Source: a candidate division FCPU426 bacterium (GTDB taxonomy: Bacteria; Oederibacteriota; Muellerivitia; Muellerivitales; Muellerivitaceae). Taken from it: a stretch of DNA of 20,015 nt. The translations under genes were made by a program, and so were the position numbers. Under the pieces are notes generated by a model. It worked only from the letters and a program-made list of their open reading frames with translations. It did not search any database and was not told the DNA's origin. The stretch covers positions 1-20,015 of the forward strand of contig CAWHOE010000078.1 of assembly GCA_963830915.1 (NCBI GenBank), in the 5' to 3' direction. Shown here piece by piece: positions 1-6,899 of this stretch (position 1 is the first letter of the stretch; each line of letters begins with the position of its first letter).

Positions 1-168
1 GAAATCGTGGAAAAATTGTGCACCGACGTGGGGATCATTGCGCAGGGAAAGCTGGTGCATCAGGGCACCATGGAGGAATTGCACCGGGACGGTTCGCTGG
101 AGGACAAATTTCTGGCGGTGGTGGGCAATGGGGACGGTGAGACGCAGAAACTGAGCTGGCTGGAATGA
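1..168 (+). CDS. ABC transporter ATP-binding protein, C-terminal fragment (5' partial)
   Basis: Not in the ORF track. Frame 1 reads EIVEKLCTDVGIIAQGKLVHQGTMEELHRDGSLEDKFLAVVGNGDGETQKLSWLE*, matching the segment after the H-loop of ABC-2 ATPases (E..CD.V.II..G.LV..G...EL....LE..F). Its TGA overlaps the next ATG (ATGA, 165-168). Confidence 0.85.
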   Translation, partial: EIVEKLCTDVGIIAQGKLVHQGTMEELHRDGSLEDKFLAVVGNGDGETQKLSWLE

Positions 169-629
169 ACCGCGAGCAACTCAAGACGATTTTCTGGCTG
201 CGCTGGCGGCTGATGCGCAATCAATGGGCGCGCAGCGGCGGCCTTGGCGCCGTGATCTCCGTGCTGGTCGGCTTTGGCGCCATCGTGGCGGCGTTGGGAT
301 TCTTTGTGCTCGCGCTGCTCGGCGCGGTGTTCGGTTTGCGTGCGGTGGAGCCGAAAGTCATCATGGAAATCTGGATGGGGGTTACGGCGGGGTTTCTGTT
401 CTTTTGGATGATTGGGTTGCTCACGGAACTCCAACGCTCCGAGAGCATTGATTTGACCAAGCTCATGCACCTCCCGGTGTCGCTCGGCCAGTTGTTTGTC
501 GTTAATTACCTCGTCTCCCACTTCACCTTGTGCATTGTCATCATGGTTCCCGTCATGATGGGGCTGGCCATCGGTCTGGTGATTGCGCGCGGGCCGGACA
601 CCCGGACCGTCCCAGGTTCCCTCATGTAA
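165..629 (+). pseudogene. ABC-2 type permease, N-terminal part, apparently truncated at ~596
   Basis: Translationally coupled to the ATPase, with several hydrophobic helices and an 'L.HLPVS..QLF' loop typical of ABC-2 membrane subunits. After ...GLVIARGP the frame runs into the antisense of another gene and stops within 10 codons. Confidence 0.7.
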
Positions 630-1867
630 TAAACGAAATGGACCACGCTGCCGAAAGCCGGCGCCGGATAGGTGAAGCATTCACCCGGGCCAGGAGGCTG
701 GGGGCCCGTGTAGCCTGGCGGGCATGGCAGGGGCGTAGGGGTGTTCGTGGGTGTGTAGGTCGGCGTCTCGGAAGGCGTGCCGGTGGAGGTCACTGTTGGT
801 GTGTTAGAGGGTGTAGGAGTGTCTGTAGGGGTAAAGGTCAAGGGGATGGTCGGGGTTGCCGTCGGGGCGCAGTTGTAATAGGTCCCGTCCTGTCCCGGCC
901 CTCCGGTCCAACTGGTGCAAGCAAGACCGCAAATTTCCCCTCCCATTCCGCCCGGCCCGCTGTGCACATTGACCAATCCGTCGAACGAGGATGGCATCCC
1001 GCCGGTCAGGCAAAGTCTTAACCTTCCTCCGCCGCCGCCGGCGCCCGCGCCGCCCGACCAGGCGGCTCCACCTATCCCGCCCAAAGCCTTGATGATCCCC
1101 ATACCGAGGATATTCTGGGCGTCGATGTAGACCGTTCCTCCCGCGCCTCCCCCGGCTTCCGGTTGTACTCCCGTGACCGTGGGACTGGCACCGCTCATGT
1201 CGATGGTCCCATTGATCGTGACGTTATTGGCGGGAGCGCTCAGGGTAAAAGCGGCGCCGCCGGCGCCGCCCGGTACAAAGGTCGAGCCGCCGCTGGGTCC
1301 CCCCGCGCTTCCCATCCAGGAAGGATCATATAAGGAGTCATAAGCCAACCCTCCCAGCGCCGGACCCGTCATCGTGGAGCATCCAGCCGGGGAGTACATG
1401 GTTCCACTCCAACATGAAATCATCCCGCTTCCCCCATCCCCGCCGTGTCCGCCCCCGGCCCCCCCATCGACGGTCGTTCCCGCGCCGCCCGCCCCCGGAC
1501 CAGGAGAGGTATTAAAGGAGGACCCGTAGCCCAACCCGACTCCCGATACCACGCCCTCGATATCCACGTCGCCCGTCATGTTCACGGTCACGGCCCCGCC
1601 GATGTAAAGGGTCGCCCCCGCGGAAACTGTCATGGAACAATAGGTATAGGTCCCATTGGAGAGGGTAGTGGAAGCTCCGTAAGCCAGTGTCAGGTCACAG
1701 GCGGCCAAGGATTGGCGCGGTTGGACGAGAACCAACATCAGCAAAAGCGTCCCCCAAACGGCTCGATGGGAAACCCGAAAGATCCGCCTTTTCTTTTGGC
1801 CGGGGGTCAAAAAACAGGTTCTTCCCGCGGCACTGGGTCTCTGTGGTAAATGGCCTTCTCTTCTCAT
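506..1867 (-). CDS. Secreted Gly-rich protein with Thr/Pro linker; C-terminal FlgD/T9SS-like domain truncated at ~596
   Basis: Signal-peptide-like segment (TLLLMLVLVQPRQSLA), repeated GAGGGHGG/GGGAGG/GSAGG motifs and a PT linker, followed by 'FTYPAPAFGSVVHFVYYMREPGTVRV', the start of a C-terminal domain. The last ~30 aa are the antisense of the permease. The start is uncertain; the ATG at 1867 overlaps the upstream stop. Confidence 0.75.
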   Translation of the reverse strand: MRREGHLPQRPSAAGRTCFLTPGQKKRRIFRVSHRAVWGTLLLMLVLVQPRQSLAACDLTLAYGASTTLSNGTYTYCSMTVSAGATLYIGGAVTVNMTGDVDIEGVVSGVGLGYGSSFNTSPGPGAGGAGTTVDGGAGGGHGGDGGSGMISCWSGTMYSPAGCSTMTGPALGGLAYDSLYDPSWMGSAGGPSGGSTFVPGGAGGAAFTLSAPANNVTINGTIDMSGASPTVTGVQPEAGGGAGGTVYIDAQNILGMGIIKALGGIGGAAWSGGAGAGGGGGRLRLCLTGGMPSSFDGLVNVHSGPGGMGGEICGLACTSWTGGPGQDGTYYNCAPTATPTIPLTFTPTDTPTPSNTPTVTSTGTPSETPTYTPTNTPTPLPCPPGYTGPQPPGPGECFTYPAPAFGSVVHFVYYMREPGTVRVSGPRAITRPMASPIMTGTMMTMHKVKWETR

Positions 1868-2604
1868 GGGGCTGTTTTCTTCTTGGCCGTGATCCAGAAA
1901 TCCTTCACCTCGTTCTGGGTTCCATCCAGGGTCTGGATGTGGTACTGGCCGGGTGAGGCGGTCCTGCCGTTATCCAGCTTGCCGTCCCAGACGAAGGCGT
2001 AGGTTCCCGCCGCCAGGTTCCCCCGATAAAGGTCTTTCACCTCCAGCCCCGTGGCGTCCAGGATGCGGACCGTGACGGGCCCGCTTTGGCCGATGGCCAG
2101 GTTGATCCTCAAACGGGCATGGGCCTTGGGGGCCGGAGTGAGCGCGGGAGTTTCAGCCAGGAGCGGCAAGGGGGAGGCCGCCATCGTTTCGGCGGTCTTC
2201 CCGGACGTCGCGGCGGACGGCTCCTCATTGGAAAGTTTGTTAGGCAGGACCTTCTCAACGGTCTTTTGGGTCCCGGACTTTTCCAACCTCACTTTGTGGG
2301 AGGGCAGGGAGACGGAGGGCGCGGATGCTTGGGAAAGGTCCGATCGGGACTCCCTCGAACGCCAGACCTTCAGGCCCGCCAAAAGGAACAAGGCCAGGAC
2401 GATCAACGACAGGGGTTTGCGCCAGCCGGAACTTTTGGGTGTATCCCCGCCCGGGTCCGGCAAGCCGAAGCTTTGGTAGGCCTTGGCCGCCAATTCGGCG
2501 AACCGGCCGGAAGCCTCCTCGGACGAGGCCAATAAGCTATCCAGGGCCTCTTCTTCCGAGTCGGTCAGGTCAGCCGTGAAGAATTTTTCGACCAGATCAG
2601 CCAT
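1864..2604 (-). CDS. Putative single-pass anti-sigma factor with C-terminal FlgD Ig-like domain
   Basis: Overlaps the 3' end of the ECF gene. It has a ~55-aa helical N-terminal domain, one TM helix (LSLIVLALFLLAGLKVW), an S/A/P-rich linker, then the FlgD-Ig signature 'VTVRILDATGLEVKDL...GTYAFVWDGKLDNGRTASPGQY'. The anti-sigma role is inferred from position and topology. Confidence 0.75.
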   Translation of the reverse strand: MADLVEKFFTADLTDSEEEALDSLLASSEEASGRFAELAAKAYQSFGLPDPGGDTPKSSGWRKPLSLIVLALFLLAGLKVWRSRESRSDLSQASAPSVSLPSHKVRLEKSGTQKTVEKVLPNKLSNEEPSAATSGKTAETMAASPLPLLAETPALTPAPKAHARLRINLAIGQSGPVTVRILDATGLEVKDLYRGNLAAGTYAFVWDGKLDNGRTASPGQYHIQTLDGTQNEVKDFWITAKKKTAP

Positions 2605-3169
2605 TCCATTCCCCCGATAGGGTCCGCATCACCAGTTCCCTCAAGGTCTCCCGGCATCTCCCCAGACGGGACATCACCGTTCCCATGGGCACCTTCAATA
2701 TCCCCGATATCTCGGCGTAACTCTTTCCCGCCTCGTCCCTCAGGCCGATCAGGTCCCGGCAGGGCTTTCCCAGGGCTTCCTTGCCCTTTCGCAGGGCCTT
2801 CGTCTTGCGGACCCGGTCCGCTTCCAGCCCCTCCGCCCCCTGGCGGGTGACGGCGTCGGGAATGAGCAGTTCCTCCATCTTTTCCTGTTCCACCATGACC
2901 ATACGTTTTCGTTTGCGCCAGCGTTTGTAGCAGTAGTTCACGCAGATGGTCCGGAGCCAATGGGCCAGGCTGGAACGGAACTCGAACTCGGCGAGTTTGG
3001 GGAAGGCCGAGGCGAAGGTGTCCTGCAGGACGTCGTCGATCTCCGGGTCCTGGTAGCCCAGGATGTGGACGCAGACCCGCCTCAGGTTTTCCCGGTGGGT
3101 TTTCACCAGCAATTCCTGCGCCGAGGGGTCACCCTCGAGTACAAGGCGTACCAATTCCCTTTCGTCCAT
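2597..3169 (-). CDS. ECF (sigma-70 family) RNA polymerase sigma factor
   Basis: Region 2 'DDVLQDTFASAFPKLAEFEFRSSLAHWLRTICVNYC' and region 4 'SYAEISGILKVPMGTVMSRLGRCRETL'. Start placed at ATG 3169 (MDERELV) behind a GAGGGA RBS; the ORF track extends to 3235. Confidence 0.95.
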   Translation of the reverse strand: MDERELVRLVLEGDPSAQELLVKTHRENLRRVCVHILGYQDPEIDDVLQDTFASAFPKLAEFEFRSSLAHWLRTICVNYCYKRWRKRKRMVMVEQEKMEELLIPDAVTRQGAEGLEADRVRKTKALRKGKEALGKPCRDLIGLRDEAGKSYAEISGILKVPMGTVMSRLGRCRETLRELVMRTLSGEWNG

Positions 3170-3310
3170 CGATCGTCCCTCACCGACGCGTATCCCCGTA
3201 TAGGCGAGAGAGCTGGAGGTATCCCTCATATACACTCGATCCGCCAGACGGGGTTTTATTCCATGATTTTATGATTTTATTGCGAAAGTGTGGTTTTTAA
3301 AGCGAAAGGA

Positions 3311-6300
3311 CTACCTGAAGATCAGCAATTTACCCATGTTCTTGTTCCCACCAGCCGTCACCACCACGTAGTAAAGCCCATCCGCCAGGTTCTTGCCCCA
3401 TTTATCCGTCAAGGGGACGGACAGGACCGAGCCCGAGGCCTGGGAAGGGTAGGTGGTATCGGCCACCAGGCGGAAAGCCAAGGTATAGATCTTCACCCTT
3501 ACGTCCGAGATACCCGGATAGGGTAATGGTATGAGGTTCACCGCCGGCCCCTCGGCGGGGTTGGGATAAAGGGCCACCCGTCCCGGCGCGTTCGTGGGAA
3601 CCTGGCTGACCGTGGGGGTCTGGGTGGTGGTCCAGGTGGGCGATGCCGTAGCTGAACTTGTCCCCGTAGGTGAATCGGTGAGCGTAGCGGAGGATGTCGG
3701 CGTGGCGGAATCCGTCCCCGTGGGCGTAGCGATCCAAGTCGCCGTCGGGCTATAAGGCGAGGTGGCCGTCGGGGTCAGGGTGAGGGTGGCGCTGTTGGTA
3801 GGCGTAGGGGTATCCGTAATGGTGGCCGTGGGCGAAGGCGTCGGGGTGAGGGACGGCGTTCCCGTCATCGTATACGTCGGGGAGATGGTGAAGGTCGAGG
3901 TGATGGTGGCCGTGTTGGTGGGCGTCCGGGTGAAGGTATTGGTGGGCGTTAGCCATGCCGTCGGGGTGGAGGTGGGCGTGACCGTAGGGGAATTCGTCGT
4001 GGTATGGGTGGCGGTCGGCGAAGCCGTAGCGGTAGGGGTAATGGTCCGGGTGTAGGTCGACGAGGCCGTATCCGTCCCGGTGGAAGAAGCCGATGGTGTA
4101 GGGGTCGCCGAGGGGGATATCGTCGCGCTATTCGTAGCCGTGACCGTGGGGGTGATGGTATCGGTCTTGGTGGCGGTATTCGTCGCCGAGTTGGTCGCGG
4201 TCGGGGTGAGGGTCGGAGTGGGCGTGAGGATGGAGCAAACAAACCCCACCTGGTCGAACCCGAAAGCGAAATTCCCGCTGTTGGGACAGCCGACGACCAC
4301 TCCCGTCACGTCGTTGGCCGGGGGATATTGGGGCAGTCCCGTCTGGGTCCCCCAGGGTTGGCGGGTCATGACGGAAAAAGGTATCTGGTAAAGGGCCCAG
4401 ACCCCGTTGGCCGGGGTGAAATTGTATCCATACCAATCAGTGTCGGTCACCGCCGAGGTCGAGATCTGGATCCGGTAGGTATTGCCGTCCCCCTTCATAT
4501 AGAACTGCAGACCCAGCACGCCGTAGGACGCCGCGTTGAAGGGCGCCCAGGACGCGTATAGAGGCGTGTACCACTCGGCGTAACCCCCGCTGGTGACCGA
4601 CCCTGTCACCCCCGCCGAATAGCTGGAGCTTCCCGCCCCCGGACCGTTGTAGGTGACCCCCATGGCGGCTGTGCCAAATTGGGTGACCCAGGTCCCGCCC
4701 CACAGGTTGACCGCGCTCTGGGACTCGAAGTCCGAGATCATCGTGGCCGGGCAATAGGCGCTGGGGATGGGAGTGGACGTGGGAGATGGGGTGGCCGTCA
4801 TCGTGGGGCTGGGCGTGATGGTATAGGTGGCGGTGGGCGGAAGAGTGCCGGTCTGGGTGGGGGTCGGCGTCGGGGTGGGCCCGGTCCCCTGGGCGAAGAG
4901 CGATTCCAGCATCATCACGCAGGTGGTGTCGTTGATGCCCGACTCGTTCACGATATAGGGGACGCTGGTGCCGGTGAAGTACCGGTCGTAATCGCGGTAG
5001 GCCTTGGCGTAAGGCGCTTCCACAGGCCCCGGGTTGTCCGGCGGTACATCCGTCCCCCCCAGTGAAAAGTACTGCCAGCTCGGCCCATCCGGCACGTAGC
5101 CCGGGGGCGGGCCGTAGTTGGACGTCTCGTTGTCCCCCGCCACATAAGGATAAAGCGGGTCGACGATCGCCGCCGGCTTGCCGATGTAGTTGGTCAGGGA
5201 GGTGAAGGTGGAGTACTGGCCGAACCAGGCGTTGAGAACATGCCAGACGCAGTGTTTGGCGCCCATGGACTCGGTGTTGGTCATGTAAAGCATGTTCAAG
5301 GGGTTCACGCCGTTGAAATAGTGAGCGAAATCCTCGGCATGGGCCAGGCACTGGGCGGCGGAATAGGACCCGGTCGCCCCCACCTGGGCGGCCCAATAAA
5401 GGAACAGGCCCGTGTCCGCTTTCATCTGGGTGGAGCCCCAGGTATAGAGGGTCGGGTTCATGCCGGCGTGGTAAAGGTCATCGGTCGAGAAGATCGTGTT
5501 CACATAGGCGCTGATCTCGTTACGCATGGCGGTGGTAACGGCCGCCGTGGCGCCGGGCGTCAGCAGATAATTGAACATGCAGTAATTCAAATAGGGCGGG
5601 AAGGTATAGGCGTAATTGGTGGTCCAGTTGATCCCGGCCCCCCCGTCGATGATGGCTTGGGCGGCGTTAATGATGGAAGCCGGGCCTCCCAGGGCCGTCT
5701 CCATGCGGAACATCTCCGACGCGGCCCAGAGCTTGAAGCTGTTATACGGAAGATAATTGACCGTGTTGGGGTCGGTGTCGGGCGACTTGACCACCCAACT
5801 GTTCCAGGTCAATTCCGCGGCGGTCTTGAGGGTGGCGGAATAGGCCGCGCCCCCGCTCACCGTGGCGAAGACCCTGGCCGCGTGGGCCACGTTGGCCGTG
5901 AAGGCCCCTTCGCTATCGAAGCTCGGCGGGCTGTAGCCCCGGGCGGTGGTATCCGTACTGGGGGGCGAGGATAGGGTCGCCAGGTTCATCACGTGCACCC
6001 CTTCCAGTACATGGCCGTCGGGCCGCTGCATCTTCAAGTACCAGTCCAATTCCCACTTGGCCTGGTTGAGGATGTCGGGAAATCCGTTCCCCGTCTCCGG
6101 CAGGTTGATCGACAAGCCCGCGAAGAGGCCGGGGTTCTGCTCGTAGGAGGAAAGCAGGTACCAGAGGGTGTCCCCGTTGTCCCCCGACTCGGTCACCGAA
6201 CAGTCCGTGCCGATGGCGATCTTCTTCTCGAAATCCCCCGCGTCGTGGAAACCCCCGGACAGGTCAAGGGTTCCGTAATTGGGATTGAGGGCCGGGTAGC

Positions 6301-6811
6301 AATTGGAGGTGGAACACCAGGCGGTGCAGGCCGCGTCCGAGGTGTGGCAGGCCGCGTCGTTCCAGACCCCGCCGTAACCCGCGGGCTTGGGCGTCCCGCA
6401 CCTGGCGTAATAGAGGGCCTTCAAGGTCGCGGTCACGGGGGCCTGGAAGCGGGTATCGGAAACCTGGAAGTTGTAGGACTGCTCGACGAGCGTGGGGGAA
6501 TAGACGTAATAGGTGCCTGGGGCGGAGAGGCTGGTGAAATCCACCCACCACACATGGTCGCCGGAAACCAGCGGGGTGCCGGTATCCGTCCCCTTATCCG
6601 TCACGTTGGTCGTGGTCAGGATGAGGGCGTTGGTGTTGGCGTCATGGACCTCGACCGAACTTCCGGGGTTGGAGGTGCAGAAGGCGATCTTGGTATCGGT
6701 TGTGCGGTAGCCGAAATGGTCGATCTTGATGTTGCCCAATACGGAAGCCGCTCCCGAGAGGCCGGGGGCCAGGAATAGAAGGACAACGAAGGATAACCGG
6801 CTCGAACCCAT
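3311..6811 (-). CDS. Secreted GH9 endoglucanase: Ig-like N-domain + GH9 + CBM11/CIA30-like module + Thr/Pro linker + T9SS/FlgD-like C-terminal domain
   Basis: Signal peptide MGSSRLSFVVLLFLAPGLSGA; 'IKIDHFGY...VDFTSLSAPGTY' Ig domain; 'DLSGGFHDAGD' catalytic-base motif; 'AKWELDWYLKMQ', 'WGS' and 'VNESGIN' (catalytic acid); 'ISDFE...LQFYMKGDGNTYRI' CBM-like module; terminal YPNP...DGLYYV...KLLIFR. Confidence 0.92.
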   Translation of the reverse strand: MGSSRLSFVVLLFLAPGLSGAASVLGNIKIDHFGYRTTDTKIAFCTSNPGSSVEVHDANTNALILTTTNVTDKGTDTGTPLVSGDHVWWVDFTSLSAPGTYYVYSPTLVEQSYNFQVSDTRFQAPVTATLKALYYARCGTPKPAGYGGVWNDAACHTSDAACTAWCSTSNCYPALNPNYGTLDLSGGFHDAGDFEKKIAIGTDCSVTESGDNGDTLWYLLSSYEQNPGLFAGLSINLPETGNGFPDILNQAKWELDWYLKMQRPDGHVLEGVHVMNLATLSSPPSTDTTARGYSPPSFDSEGAFTANVAHAARVFATVSGGAAYSATLKTAAELTWNSWVVKSPDTDPNTVNYLPYNSFKLWAASEMFRMETALGGPASIINAAQAIIDGGAGINWTTNYAYTFPPYLNYCMFNYLLTPGATAAVTTAMRNEISAYVNTIFSTDDLYHAGMNPTLYTWGSTQMKADTGLFLYWAAQVGATGSYSAAQCLAHAEDFAHYFNGVNPLNMLYMTNTESMGAKHCVWHVLNAWFGQYSTFTSLTNYIGKPAAIVDPLYPYVAGDNETSNYGPPPGYVPDGPSWQYFSLGGTDVPPDNPGPVEAPYAKAYRDYDRYFTGTSVPYIVNESGINDTTCVMMLESLFAQGTGPTPTPTPTQTGTLPPTATYTITPSPTMTATPSPTSTPIPSAYCPATMISDFESQSAVNLWGGTWVTQFGTAAMGVTYNGPGAGSSSYSAGVTGSVTSGGYAEWYTPLYASWAPFNAASYGVLGLQFYMKGDGNTYRIQISTSAVTDTDWYGYNFTPANGVWALYQIPFSVMTRQPWGTQTGLPQYPPANDVTGVVVGCPNSGNFAFGFDQVGFVCSILTPTPTLTPTATNSATNTATKTDTITPTVTATNSATISPSATPTPSASSTGTDTASSTYTRTITPTATASPTATHTTTNSPTVTPTSTPTAWLTPTNTFTRTPTNTATITSTFTISPTYTMTGTPSLTPTPSPTATITDTPTPTNSATLTLTPTATSPYSPTATWIATPTGTDSATPTSSATLTDSPTGTSSATASPTWTTTQTPTVSQVPTNAPGRVALYPNPAEGPAVNLIPLPYPGISDVRVKIYTLAFRLVADTTYPSQASGSVLSVPLTDKWGKNLADGLYYVVVTAGGNKNMGKLLIFR
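3590..4230 (-). repeat. Low-complexity Thr/Pro/Ser linker (~210 aa) in the GH9 protein
   Basis: Degenerate TPT/TAT/SPT repeats in the translation; boundaries approximate. Confidence 0.85.
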
Positions 6812-6899
6812 AAAGACCCGCCAATAGGAGAATATGGTTGAAGTATCCCCCAAGAAAGTAGGCTTGTAAATATTGAAGAAAGCTGGGTTTTGGCCCCTT

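Noticed and set aside
1864..2110. Calling the gene flgD (flagellar hook cap)
   Set aside because: Only the Ig-like domain is present, behind a TM helix, and there are no flagellar genes nearby.
3590..4230. Repetitive GGT/GGC/CGT tracts (also 14580-14790 and 17640-18140) as CRISPR or DNA tandem repeats; Val/Gly-rich antisense ORFs
   Set aside because: No fixed repeat-spacer period; fully explained by Thr/Pro linker codons.
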